64,000 nucleotides of DNA, from NCBI GenBank assembly GCA_007116145.1, contig SKJB01000019.1:10868-74867 (forward strand), in the 5' to 3' direction. This DNA comes from Limnochordia bacterium (GTDB taxonomy: Bacteria; Bacillota; Limnochordia; Darwinibacteriales; DTU012). Numbering within the stretch: the stretch's first letter is position 1; every line of letters starts with the position of its first letter. Below, one piece after another: positions 9,844-19,785 of the stretch. The position numbers and the translations under genes were made by a program. The notes beneath the pieces are model-generated. The model saw only the letters and a program-made list of their open reading frames with translations, made no database searches and had not been told where the DNA came from.

Positions 9844-11571
9844 CTACTTTTCTAAACCCTTTGTGACAAGCTCTGTAAAGGCCGCTTCTAGTTTCGCTAG
9901 TTTTACTTCCGTCTCCGTCTGGTTTTTACTCACTGCTCCAACATAGAGCTTCATTTTTGGTTCGGTCCCAGATGGTCTTAGCGTAATCCGATCACCCGCG
10001 GTGGTTTCCCACTGTAATACATCCTCGCGTGGTAAAAGTATTGGTGTTTGCGTATTATCGATCAAGTCGGACTCGATTCCTTGGAGATAATCACGGAATA
10101 TCCGAATCGGCAGGCCAGCGATTGTAGTAAACGATTGCTGACGTAAATCTTCGATAAACCGATTCGCCTTTTCTGCTTCTACACTTGAATGAAAAGCATA
10201 CGAGCGTAAACGCTCAAAATAGAATCCATGCTCTTCCATTAATTGATCCAATCTTTGTAACAGTGAAATTCCTTTAGATTTATAATACGCCGCCATTTGC
10301 GCCACGAGCAAACTTGCCATAACTGCATCTTTATCTCGAACAAAATTACCAGCTAGATAGCCATAACTCTCTTCAAACCCAAATAAAAAACGCTTGTTTT
10401 TCTGCTCTAGAATTCCCATTTGATCGGCAATATACTTAAAGCCCGTTAGAGTTTGGATCAACTCGACTCCAAATTTGCGCACAATCGGTTTTATCATCTC
10501 CGTTGTAACTATTGTTGTGATCACCACACAGTTAGCTCGTTGATCAACAGGCACTGTCTGTAATAAGTAATCGGTGAGTAAAATCCCTATCTGATTGCCA
10601 TTTAGCAAGGCATAACCTTGATCCTTTAGCAACGCAACTCCAACTCGATCTCCATCAGGATCCGTTGCCATTATCACATCATAGTTTCCATTCCCTGCTT
10701 GTGAAAATGCAAGGCGAAACGCATCTGCCTCTTCTGGATTCGGCAACTTAACCGTTGGAAAATTCTCATCTGGAGATAGCTGCTCTAACACGCAGTCCAC
10801 CTGCGTAAATCCAGCTTCCTTCAACGCCCGCGGCACAAACTTACCACCAGTTCCATGTAACGGTGTGTATAAAACTCGTAATGACAAATCCTGCATCTCT
10901 CGTCCAGGGCACAATGCCTTTAACTGCTGATAATACTCTGTGTACAAGTCCTCATCTACCCAAGTCCACAAAGGATGTTCAACAGGATTTTCGCTATATG
11001 TAACATCAGCTAAAGCGAGTTCTTCCATAACTTCGCTAATCTGTTGAGCGATATCACTTAGGATCTGGCCCCCATCACTTTGATAGACCTTGTAACCATT
11101 ATACTCTGGTGGATTATGACTAGCAGTGACCATAATCCCTGCACCAGCCTGACACTGACGAACAGCAAAACTTAGCAGCGGAGTCGGTGTTATCTCACGA
11201 AAGACATAGACCGGAATCCGATTCTCCACCAACACTGCAGCTGCTGCTTGTACAAATTCCTGCGAAAGTCTGCGCGAGTCACAGGCGAGGGCTACACCGT
11301 TATCACCCTGCCCATTTGCATTGAGTACATTCGCAAGAGCTTGCGTTGCCAGACGGACTGTATACAGATTCATTCGATTCGGGCCTGCACCTAACTTGCC
11401 GCGTAATCCACCAGTTCCAAATTGGAGCTGCTTATAAAAACGCTCATAGATTTCATTGTCTTGGCCCTCTAATTCTAGCAACTCTTGCTTTGTGGTCTCA
11501 TCTACTTGCTGATCCTCTAACCATGCTTGGTAACGCTTGTTTGCATCCATCGCCATCTTCCTTTCTTCCAC
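9844..11571 (-). CDS. pgcA: Phosphoglucomutase/phosphomannomutase family protein (alpha-phosphoglucomutase PgcA-like)
   Basis: It carries the active-site Ser loop TASHNPPEYNGYK and is 575 aa, the length of Bacillus PgcA, with a metal-binding DPDGDR motif. Confidence 0.85.
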   Translation of the reverse strand: MEERKMAMDANKRYQAWLEDQQVDETTKQELLELEGQDNEIYERFYKQLQFGTGGLRGKLGAGPNRMNLYTVRLATQALANVLNANGQGDNGVALACDSRRLSQEFVQAAAAVLVENRIPVYVFREITPTPLLSFAVRQCQAGAGIMVTASHNPPEYNGYKVYQSDGGQILSDIAQQISEVMEELALADVTYSENPVEHPLWTWVDEDLYTEYYQQLKALCPGREMQDLSLRVLYTPLHGTGGKFVPRALKEAGFTQVDCVLEQLSPDENFPTVKLPNPEEADAFRLAFSQAGNGNYDVIMATDPDGDRVGVALLKDQGYALLNGNQIGILLTDYLLQTVPVDQRANCVVITTIVTTEMIKPIVRKFGVELIQTLTGFKYIADQMGILEQKNKRFLFGFEESYGYLAGNFVRDKDAVMASLLVAQMAAYYKSKGISLLQRLDQLMEEHGFYFERLRSYAFHSSVEAEKANRFIEDLRQQSFTTIAGLPIRIFRDYLQGIESDLIDNTQTPILLPREDVLQWETTAGDRITLRPSGTEPKMKLYVGAVSKNQTETEVKLAKLEAAFTELVTKGLEK

Positions 11572-11577
11572 TGATAG

Positions 11578-12294
11578 TTAATCATTTAGCTTGTAATAGT
11601 GCTTTGTAGACAGATATCCAAGCCAAGCCCCAACAACCACATTACTTGGCCAATGCTGCTCCAAATGAAGACGTGACAAGCCGATCATTCCAGCTAGTGG
11701 ATATAGAACCCATCCAGACCCTGGGTAATGCTCATGCAAAACCGTTGCCATCGCTGTCGACGAAGCTGTATGAGCTGAGGGCATCCCATGATAGCGCTCA
11801 TCAAATGTGGGCCCTATAAAGCGAGTGCCCTCGTGCAAATGGGGACGAGACATTCCCGTTGTTGCTTTGAAGATCCCCGTATTTACTCCTGTATATCCTA
11901 GCGCATAGATCATATCTTCACCCAACTGCGATCCCATCATACCTAATAGCATGGCAACAGCTAGATGAAATCTAGGATCACCAAGGTTTGTTAAGTGAGT
12001 CCAAGTCCTGTTAGCAATAGCACAATCCTTGTTTGTTGTCCATTCATACAACGGTTGATCCACAAACACCAAACCAAAACTAACAAGAAAACCACCTATT
12101 TCGAAGCGAGTAGCACTTGGTGCCGTACGATAGTATGTAAGAGTCTGAGTTGGTAACTGCTGCACTATCTTAGGTAGCGGCAGCGACCACTCTCGCTGCT
12201 TAGCGCTTGCAGGCAGGGCATATGTAGAAAGAATAATTGTAATTAGTAAACGTATAGCCAATTTCCGACGACTACTCGTAAACAGCGCTTCCAC
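11578..12294 (-). CDS. PAP2-superfamily phosphatase (membrane/secreted)
   Basis: It carries the PAP2 motifs MSRPHLHEG (KX6RP-like), PSAHT (PSGH) and SRLHLEQHWPSNV (SRX5HX3D), with an N-terminal signal/TM. Confidence 0.75.
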   Translation of the reverse strand: MEALFTSSRRKLAIRLLITIILSTYALPASAKQREWSLPLPKIVQQLPTQTLTYYRTAPSATRFEIGGFLVSFGLVFVDQPLYEWTTNKDCAIANRTWTHLTNLGDPRFHLAVAMLLGMMGSQLGEDMIYALGYTGVNTGIFKATTGMSRPHLHEGTRFIGPTFDERYHGMPSAHTASSTAMATVLHEHYPGSGWVLYPLAGMIGLSRLHLEQHWPSNVVVGAWLGYLSTKHYYKLND

Positions 12295-12313
12295 CTCACT
12301 TCTTGCTTTGCTA

Positions 12314-13135
12314 TTAAATTCGGTCTCTTCTGCCTAATTCCTGCAAACTGTGAGAAACTTCATGTGCACTTTTTGGGGAGTGGCAAATACTATTGATAAC
12401 CCGCTTTAAATTTTCTAACCCTACTCGCACACTATCAATAGGTGCCATAGTATACTTTTCTGTCTCGATAATAAACCATTCCACACCCACACTATCACTA
12501 GTCCTGACGATTCCTGCTAAATCAACATCACCCGTACCCACTTCTACTTGGTCTCCACTACTTAAAAAGTCCTTAATGTGTACAAGAGGACATCGGTTGG
12601 CATACTGTTGCATATAAGTAACCGGATCTACTTTGCCCTGATACACCCATCCAAGATCAAGCTCAGCAAACACAAGTTTAGGATTCGTTTCAGCAAAGAA
12701 AATGTTAAGTGCGTACTCATCGTTGTATCGAGTAAATTCCATACTGTGGTTATGATATCCGAGTTGCATGCCATGAGCGCTTACTTTTTCGCCAATCGTG
12801 TTCATCTTCTGCGCAAACCGAACCCAGCCTTGTCTATCGTTACTCTCTAGAGATGGAGATGGACAAACAAGCCGAGAATTGCCGATCTCCTGATTAAACG
12901 CAATTTGCTGATCCAAGTCATTGGTTAAGGCATCAAAACCAACATGTGCACCCACTGGTAGCAACCCAAAAGTATCCAACCGACTCTTTAGTTCTCTAGC
13001 CGTTAAACCTCCATATCCAGCAAATTCCACGCCTTGATAACCAAGATCTGCTACACGCTCTAATACACCCACAAAATCCTGGGACGCATCCTCACGCAAT
13101 GAATATAACTGTAATGCTATTGGTTTCCTGCTCAA
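12314..13135 (-). CDS. Sugar phosphate isomerase/epimerase (xylose-isomerase-like TIM barrel)
   Basis: The N-terminus IALQLYSLRED...LGYQGVEFAGY and an overall AP-endonuclease-2/TIM-barrel pattern support the call; 273 aa. Confidence 0.75.
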   Translation of the reverse strand: MSRKPIALQLYSLREDASQDFVGVLERVADLGYQGVEFAGYGGLTARELKSRLDTFGLLPVGAHVGFDALTNDLDQQIAFNQEIGNSRLVCPSPSLESNDRQGWVRFAQKMNTIGEKVSAHGMQLGYHNHSMEFTRYNDEYALNIFFAETNPKLVFAELDLGWVYQGKVDPVTYMQQYANRCPLVHIKDFLSSGDQVEVGTGDVDLAGIVRTSDSVGVEWFIIETEKYTMAPIDSVRVGLENLKRVINSICHSPKSAHEVSHSLQELGRRDRI

Positions 13136-13226
13136 ATATATCTTCCTTTCTCTTTATGACTTCTACTTCTACTTCTACTCTAGAGCTTTCCACACCTTCA
13201 TTCGGGTGCAATTACCACTCAGTTCA

Positions 13227-13637
13227 TTATTCAGCTTCAATCTTTATCTGAACGAGCGCAGAGTTCTCTCCATTACTGCGATACCACAGATCCAGCGAAT
13301 AGCGTATTGTACCCGTTCCTTCTTTTTCAATCAAAAACCCATCATCTGGCCAGATCGTCCAAGATTGATCCTCGATAATTCGATACCAGAGTACACCATC
13401 TGTGGGATTTTCATATGTCAGAGTGAATAATGCATCCTGATTGCTCTTTACTGTGAATATAAGAGCGTCGTACAAAACAAACGCATTCGGACCAAAGACT
13501 TGGATCTGATCACTATCAAACACCAACTGCGATCGAGGTATGATCTGAAAACCGAGCGTTACTTGCTGGGCCCAACCAGTAGATGAGAGTAACCAACCTA
13601 GACAGACAATAAGAATGATCCGCCAATAGTAGTGCAC
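13227..13637 (-). CDS. Small secreted protein, unknown function
   Basis: The protein is 136 aa with the signal peptide MHYYWRIILIVCLGWLLSSTGWAQQ. I recognised no motif. Confidence 0.4.
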   Translation of the reverse strand: MHYYWRIILIVCLGWLLSSTGWAQQVTLGFQIIPRSQLVFDSDQIQVFGPNAFVLYDALIFTVKSNQDALFTLTYENPTDGVLWYRIIEDQSWTIWPDDGFLIEKEGTGTIRYSLDLWYRSNGENSALVQIKIEAE

Positions 13638-13728
13638 AAATATCCCCTCCTCATATACTTATTTATTCGAATATATGTTCCGAATTCCTGCCAGAAGAGA
13701 AAATTTTATTGGGCAAAGCGCCAGGCGT

Positions 13729-13768
13729 GGTATACTAAAAAAAGTATACTCCGTTAGGAGTATACTTT
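13729..13768 (-). terminator. Rho-independent terminator of the cold-shock gene
   Basis: A perfect palindrome AAAGTATACTCC-GTTA-GGAGTATACTTT is followed on the minus-strand RNA by a U-run, about 22 nt downstream of the csp stop. Confidence 0.75.
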
Positions 13769-13789
13769 CATTATCAAGTTGCGTGCATT

Positions 13790-13987
13790 CTATAGACGTG
13801 TTACATTAGAGGCTTGAGGACCTCGATTACCGTCAACGATTTCAAATTCTACGTCTTGACCTTCTTCTAAAGTCCGAAATCCATCACCTTGAATTGCTGT
13901 GAAGTGTACAAATACATCGTCTCCACCTTCGCGCTCAATAAAACCAAAACCTTTTTCTGCATTAAACCATTTTACTTTTCCTACCAT
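13790..13987 (-). CDS. Cold-shock protein, CspA family
   Basis: The sequence [33 protein letters not shown] contains RNP1 KGFGFI and RNP2 VFVHF. It is 65 aa, with an AAGGAGG RBS and a long 5' UTR typical of csp genes. A candidate promoter TTGTAA-17-TATTAT lies near 14115-14150. Confidence 0.95.
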   Translation of the reverse strand: MVGKVKWFNAEKGFGFIEREGGDDVFVHFTAIQGDGFRTLEEGQDVEFEIVDGNRGPQASNVTRL

Positions 13988-14177
13988 AAATCTTTATGGC
14001 CTCCTTAAAATATTCTCATTAAAAAGTGGAAGTTCGAAAAGCCTATCTGTAACCTTATGTAGAGGCCACTTGCATACGCTAAATTTCTTCCTTAACCCTT
14101 TAACTCATTAGTATAATACCACACAAAATCAGATATTACAAGCTTTTTTTGAAAATAAATGTTAAATAAATCGAAAA

Positions 14178-15074
14178 TCACGTATGCATCGTATCCAAGG
14201 ACATAGAAGCAGTACTGTGGTCTCTGTGCCGAACGCGATTGGCTATTTTATCTTGGGCAAACCTGCGCGCTAACTCATTACTGATCGCAACAGAACGGTG
14301 CTGGCCTCCCGTACATCCTATGCCTACAGTCAAGCGAGCCTTACCCTCCTCGCAATACGCTGGAATCAAGCTCGCTAACAACTCATAAAACTTGGCAATA
14401 AACTCCTTGGTCTGTGGCCATTGAAGCACAAAATTTGCCACCGATCGATCTTCACCGGTAAGGTGTTTCATTTCCGGAATATAGAAAGGGTTTGGAAGAA
14501 AGCGTACATCAAAAATAATATCGGCATCGTTAGGAACACCATACTTATAGCCAAACGACATAATATCTATGGTCAAGAGTTCGTGAATCGATTTCCCTGT
14601 CAGCACCGAATTTAAATGTGCTTTTAACTCTACAGGTTTTAGCAAGGATGTATCTATAATTACGTGGGCTAACTCACGAACCTCAGCCAATAAACCGCGT
14701 TCGTGCCGAATACTATCGTAAATACTTCCTTCTCGAATCAAGGGATGACGCCGTCTAGTTTCGCTAAACCTTCGAACCAAAATACGATCTTCACAGTCAA
14801 GAAAGACAACCTGGTACGCACTTCCACTGCTCTTAAGCCACTTTAAAGCATAGGATAAATCCTGAAAGTGCTCTTGACCACGTACATCCATGGCAATAGC
14901 AAATCTTCGTTTTTCATGATTTGTGGCTTGAATTTCAACTAACTTTGGTAATAATGAAGGAGGTAGGTTATCAATACAAAAGTAATCTAGATCTTCTAGC
15001 GCTTTCATTGCCTGTGTTTTTCCAGCTCCGGACAACCCTGTAACAATGATAAAACTAACATTCGTCTCACTCAT
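14178..15074 (-). CDS. rapZ: RNase adapter / nucleotide-binding protein RapZ (YvcJ)
   Basis: The N-terminus IIVTGLSGAGKTQAMKALEDLDYFCIDNLPPSLLPKL shows the P-loop and the YvcJ signature, and a C-terminal GCTGGQHRSV motif is present; 298 aa. Confidence 0.9.
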   Translation of the reverse strand: MSETNVSFIIVTGLSGAGKTQAMKALEDLDYFCIDNLPPSLLPKLVEIQATNHEKRRFAIAMDVRGQEHFQDLSYALKWLKSSGSAYQVVFLDCEDRILVRRFSETRRRHPLIREGSIYDSIRHERGLLAEVRELAHVIIDTSLLKPVELKAHLNSVLTGKSIHELLTIDIMSFGYKYGVPNDADIIFDVRFLPNPFYIPEMKHLTGEDRSVANFVLQWPQTKEFIAKFYELLASLIPAYCEEGKARLTVGIGCTGGQHRSVAISNELARRFAQDKIANRVRHRDHSTASMSLDTMHT

Positions 15075-15133
15075 TCGTTACTCCCTCCTTTTTTATTACT
15101 CTTCTCGTTGTTTGTACCTATCCCATTACCTAC

Positions 15134-17131
15134 TTACTTAATAATCTTATCATTTAGGTAGTCATTCCAGACATTCTCGAACCAACTGTCCTCCTCAGGT
15201 AATGCTCGTACGGGATCCCACTGAAATTTGCACTCACCATTTTTCATGCTAACTCGTTGGATCCGTTTTTGGAATGACTGATCATTCGACAGCGAAAACC
15301 GAAACTCTTCAGCCAGAAAAGCGAGGGGTAAATCACCATTGGCATCATAAACGAGATACGATCCCCGTGAGGTACCACCTTCGGCAATAAAATCAACAAT
15401 GGCTGATAGGTAAACATACTGAGTAAGCAATAAATCATAGTTCTGAAAACAGTAAGCGAGTTCTGTTGCTGAGGTAATCACCGTCTCATCCACAAGTCTC
15501 TGTAACTGTTGCTGTGCTTCACTTGCTCCGACTTTCGCCTCTTCGAGTGACCGTATGTGAGCACCTTTTTTGGTCATTCGCTCACCAATTTGCTGGCGTA
15601 TATCTAAAACTGTACTGGTAGTTCCTAACTTTGCTAAAAAGTCTTGACCCAGCTGAATCTTATTTTGCACTTGCGTACTAATCGTCTGCACAAACTGATC
15701 CAATGGAAGTGGTGCTTCTTGATAGCGCGCCGCAATAAATTGAGCTGCTCGTGTGCTGCCGACTTGCCCAGCATTTAACGCACTGCCGCCCGGACGATAT
15801 ACACCATGGCTGCCGTTAACCTCGCCTACAGGGAAGAAATTTTTGAGATTGCTCTCCCACCAGTGATTGCCATCAAGACCACCATTATTATGTTGCGCAC
15901 ACACTGCTATTTCTAAATACTCCGTCGTTAAATCGATACCATTCGTACTATACAACTCTATTGCAGGCTGATTCATGTGCATAAGCCGTTCAATCGGTGT
16001 ACCAAACAATGCATGAGATTTACTTAGATAGGTATAGGACTCTTCAGATAGTAAGTCAAAATCTAATTGTCCATCAACGCTCCCCCATGTAGGGTTAGCC
16101 ATGAAATCAAGAAACACTCGTCGTCCTTTGATCACTGTCTCATTATAGACTAAAATATCTATCAGCGATGATCCAAAATCCTTAACCTTCTTAGGATCAA
16201 AAGGCCATTGATACCCTTTAAGAAAGACGGCATCTAGCATCTTACCAGGATCAGAAAAATAGTCGACAAGGAATTCTTGTTCATCATTACCATCAAGATC
16301 GGTAGAAACATAACGAGGCAACACTTGCTGATAGGTACCAGATAGATTCCAACGAAACTTAATAGAAGCTAACCCATATTGGCTCTCTGTTAAGTTTTTG
16401 CCTTTTGCTCCAGCCTCAAATGCAATACCTGTGGCACCAGTCTGACTTGGTGGGTAGACAGACGTAGCATATATTCCAGCTGGACCGCCTGTGGCATAGA
16501 TAACATTCCTACAGTTAAGTATGAGGTAACGCTCCTTGTCATTATCTTGCTCTGCCAAATTTAAGCAAAGTACACCGACTGCTTGGCCTTGTTGCTCATC
16601 AGTCAAAATAGCAATCACCTGATAGCCATCGAAAACAGGTATATTCTTCTGCTCAACTTGGGTTTCTAGCTTCTCGGTCATAAACTTAGACGTCAACGGA
16701 CCTGCCGAAGTGGCTCGTTGTCTTGGATCGTGATCTGTCTTGTAGCCGATAAACTCACCAAATTGGTTATGGGGAAAAGGCACTCCGATATCCACTAAAT
16801 GATAGAAAGCCTGACTCGATAAGGCTGCTTCTACCAAGGCAATATCACCATCCATACACCCACCGTCATAGAGCGTCTGCGCCATTTCCCAAATAGAATC
16901 GGGTGTGTTACCCGATAAGGTTAGCTTATAATATGTTTGTTTATCCGACCCAGTATTGCGTGAAGTTCCCATTTTCATACCTTCAGTGACAATCACTACG
17001 TCTTTTTGTCCAAGGTTATAGAGCCGATCGGCACCGTTTAAGGCTGCGGCTCCACTACCAACTACCACGGTATTACAAGAATAAACTGGTAGGTCTACTC
17101 CATGAATCGTTACATGTTCTAATCTGTCCAT
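15134..17131 (-). CDS. FAD-dependent oxidoreductase of the succinate dehydrogenase / fumarate reductase flavoprotein superfamily; substrate unknown
   Basis: The N-terminal dinucleotide fold is VVVGSGAAALNGA. The segment GTSRNTGSDKQ is positioned like the SdhA RSHTxAAxGG loop, and CAQHNNGGL is positioned like HYxMGG. The protein is 665 aa. Confidence 0.6.
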   Translation of the reverse strand: MDRLEHVTIHGVDLPVYSCNTVVVGSGAAALNGADRLYNLGQKDVVIVTEGMKMGTSRNTGSDKQTYYKLTLSGNTPDSIWEMAQTLYDGGCMDGDIALVEAALSSQAFYHLVDIGVPFPHNQFGEFIGYKTDHDPRQRATSAGPLTSKFMTEKLETQVEQKNIPVFDGYQVIAILTDEQQGQAVGVLCLNLAEQDNDKERYLILNCRNVIYATGGPAGIYATSVYPPSQTGATGIAFEAGAKGKNLTESQYGLASIKFRWNLSGTYQQVLPRYVSTDLDGNDEQEFLVDYFSDPGKMLDAVFLKGYQWPFDPKKVKDFGSSLIDILVYNETVIKGRRVFLDFMANPTWGSVDGQLDFDLLSEESYTYLSKSHALFGTPIERLMHMNQPAIELYSTNGIDLTTEYLEIAVCAQHNNGGLDGNHWWESNLKNFFPVGEVNGSHGVYRPGGSALNAGQVGSTRAAQFIAARYQEAPLPLDQFVQTISTQVQNKIQLGQDFLAKLGTTSTVLDIRQQIGERMTKKGAHIRSLEEAKVGASEAQQQLQRLVDETVITSATELAYCFQNYDLLLTQYVYLSAIVDFIAEGGTSRGSYLVYDANGDLPLAFLAEEFRFSLSNDQSFQKRIQRVSMKNGECKFQWDPVRALPEEDSWFENVWNDYLNDKIIK

Positions 17132-17185
17132 TACTTTATACTACCTCCCTGAATATACTTTCTCTTGCTCCTCGTGTAAATATAA

Positions 17186-18391
17186 CTAAGCTTGTATCTT
17201 GGTGGTCACTAGATTGTCCTCCAATCGAGTTTTGCTTAACAATCCATGCGCTAGTATAGTAGCCATTAGCCCAATGACCCCGACTGCGATAAATCCACCA
17301 GATAGACTTAAACGGTCGCCAATAAACCCAACTAAAACAGGTCCACCAAACATTCCTAATGCATAGATTGACTGAAAAAAACCCATAGCCGTTGCTCGTC
17401 TCTCAGCCACAACCGACTTGATGCTTAAGCCCATGAGTACAGGAAATATTACTCCTCGTCCAAAACCTCCTAAACCCTGGGTAATGTATAGCACCCAAAG
17501 GTTTGTGGTAAACGGAATCATCATAGAAAAGGTCGCTATGATCAAAAAAGCGATAACCAACAAACGGCGCTCCCCAAACCTCTCTGCCCACACCCCGCTA
17601 CGAAGTGCAGTATAAGCGGCCGGTAACGAAGATATGAGGGCTAGAATACTTAATTGACTGCGTGAGGCTCCAATTGCTACTGCATGACTAGGGGTAAAAC
17701 CGTAAATCGTAGAGAATGTGATACATTGAAACAATATGGCTAAAAACGCGACACTCAGAAGAATGGGATCCTTGCCCACCTGCAACAATTCCTGGATCTT
17801 AACCGTTTGCTTTTCAATCTGAGTTTCAGGAATACGCGTACTTAAGACTAGACCAATCATTCCTACTAGCCCACCAATAATAAATGGTGCCTGCCAGCTA
17901 AGATAATCAGCAACAAAGCCGCCCATACTCGTGGCGAGCATCTGTCCTAAAGACGTATAGAACACTATTATGCCCATTGCCTTCGGTGCTTCTTCTGGTC
18001 TAAAATAACTAGAAAACAATACCGTAAACGTAACCCATGTAGCTGCAGCTGCCCCAGCTAAAGACCGAAAGGCTAGTACCAACAACGGATTTGTAACTAA
18101 ACCCATTCCCACAGAACTAGTCATTGCCAAACCTACACCAATAGTTATAAATATTCTGCGTTTCTGTAATTTGTCCGATAGGATCCCTAACGGAATGCGT
18201 AGTAGCATCTGCGTTAAACCGTAGGAACCAACAACAAGACCTACCATTTGTAGCGATCCACCAAGATGCTGAACATACGGACCGAGAATCGGCATGTACA
18301 TGTATAATGCAAACCAATAGATCATTGTGACTGCATAGAATAGACTATGACTCTGCTCCCGTGGTTTTGCAATCAATAGCTTAACCTCCAC
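17186..18391 (-). CDS. MFS transporter
   Basis: The 401-aa protein has 12 predicted TM helices and MFS-like loop motifs (GILSDKLQKRR). Confidence 0.75.
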   Translation of the reverse strand: MEVKLLIAKPREQSHSLFYAVTMIYWFALYMYMPILGPYVQHLGGSLQMVGLVVGSYGLTQMLLRIPLGILSDKLQKRRIFITIGVGLAMTSSVGMGLVTNPLLVLAFRSLAGAAAATWVTFTVLFSSYFRPEEAPKAMGIIVFYTSLGQMLATSMGGFVADYLSWQAPFIIGGLVGMIGLVLSTRIPETQIEKQTVKIQELLQVGKDPILLSVAFLAILFQCITFSTIYGFTPSHAVAIGASRSQLSILALISSLPAAYTALRSGVWAERFGERRLLVIAFLIIATFSMMIPFTTNLWVLYITQGLGGFGRGVIFPVLMGLSIKSVVAERRATAMGFFQSIYALGMFGGPVLVGFIGDRLSLSGGFIAVGVIGLMATILAHGLLSKTRLEDNLVTTKIQA

Positions 18392-18527
18392 TTTTTGTGT
18401 ACTAGTATTTATATTTTAGATTGATGGGCAAAATACCTGCCCATTTAAAAAACAATTTTCTTTGTGGGAATAAAAGGATTTACCACTGAGTATCCAGAAA
18501 AAATAGGTATACAAAGGGGGATCTGTA

Positions 18528-19727
18528 ATGAACAACGAAAAAATTCAACAAGCAACAGAGCATTTCGCGCAAATTCTGCAAGCAGAATTAGCGAGAATTG
18601 ACAAAATGAAAAACAGCGAAGGTTTTGTAGATTATAGCACGCTTCCAACAATTACAATTGGGATAGTTGGTGGCGATGGAATCGGACCTTTCATTGCTGA
18701 TCAAACACAGAAAATCCTAGAAACACTACTAGCAGATGCACTAAAAACTGATCGCATACGCTTAAAAGTGGTGGAAGGACTGACAATTGAGAATCGTATT
18801 GCAAAAATGCAGGCCATTCCTGACGAAGTACTAGCCGAACTACAAGAATGTGATGTTATTCTTAAAGGACCAACAACGACTCCTCGCAGGGGCGATGATA
18901 TGCCCAATATCGAAAGTGCTAACGTGAGTATGCGCCGTGCTTTTGATTTATTTGCCAATGTCCGCCCAGTGAAAATCCCTCAGGATAATATTGACTGGGT
19001 ATTCTTCCGCGAAAATACCGAAGGTGAATACATCCTAGGCAGCCAAGGAGTTGACGTAACTGAGGATCTCGCAATTGACTTCAAAGCCATTACAACCCAA
19101 GGAGTCGAACGAATTGTACGAGCTGCATTTGAGTATGCCAAGCAAAACGGCCGTAAACGGGTAACCGTTGTCACAAAAGCGAATGTTATTAAAACAACAG
19201 ATGGCAAGTTCCTGAAAATCGCACAAGAGATTGCCAAAGAGTATCCAGGTATTTCATGTGACGATTGGTATATTGATATTATGGCGGCCAAACTAATTGA
19301 CCCAAGCCGTCGTTCCGAGTTCGAGGTACTTGTAATGCCTAATCTCTATGGAGATATTCTTACCGATCAAGCGGCCCAATTGCAAGGTGGAGTAGGAACA
19401 GCCGGGAGCGCCAATATCGGTACGAAACATGCCATGTTTGAAGCGATTCATGGCTCCGCACCACGCATGGTTGACGAAGGGCGAGCTCAATATGCCGACC
19501 CAAGCAGTCTTGTGCGAGCAGCAGTCATGATGCTAGAGCATATCGGCTTCAAAACCGAAGCAAAAAATCTCGATATGGCTTTAGACATTTGCGGGCAATA
19601 CGAAAAGAAATTCGTGCTAACAAGCCGCGCCAACGGAGTAACAAATGATCAATATACAGACTATATCCTAGATACACTAGCAGATCCAAATATTGAAGCA
19701 AAGTGGTTAAGTTACACCCAGAAGTAA
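18528..19727 (+). CDS. Isocitrate/isopropylmalate dehydrogenase-family beta-decarboxylating dehydrogenase with an N-terminal extension of about 45 aa
   Basis: It carries IGIVGGDGIGPFI and NLYGDILTDQAAQLQGGVGTAGSANIG, the family signature; 399 aa. It is convergent with the ilv operon and shares the terminator at 19735-19770. Confidence 0.8.
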   Translation: MNNEKIQQATEHFAQILQAELARIDKMKNSEGFVDYSTLPTITIGIVGGDGIGPFIADQTQKILETLLADALKTDRIRLKVVEGLTIENRIAKMQAIPDEVLAELQECDVILKGPTTTPRRGDDMPNIESANVSMRRAFDLFANVRPVKIPQDNIDWVFFRENTEGEYILGSQGVDVTEDLAIDFKAITTQGVERIVRAAFEYAKQNGRKRVTVVTKANVIKTTDGKFLKIAQEIAKEYPGISCDDWYIDIMAAKLIDPSRRSEFEVLVMPNLYGDILTDQAAQLQGGVGTAGSANIGTKHAMFEAIHGSAPRMVDEGRAQYADPSSLVRAAVMMLEHIGFKTEAKNLDMALDICGQYEKKFVLTSRANGVTNDQYTDYILDTLADPNIEAKWLSYTQK

Positions 19728-19734
19728 CAACAAA

Positions 19735-19770
19735 GAAGGCTATTGGGGAAAACCAATAGCCTTTTTTGTT
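19735..19770. terminator. Bidirectional rho-independent terminator between convergent genes
   Basis: The hairpin AAGGCTATTGG-GGAAAA-CCAATAGCCTT is flanked by an A-run on one side and a T-run on the other. Confidence 0.7.
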
Positions 19771-19785
19771 GTTATAGCCTTATAT

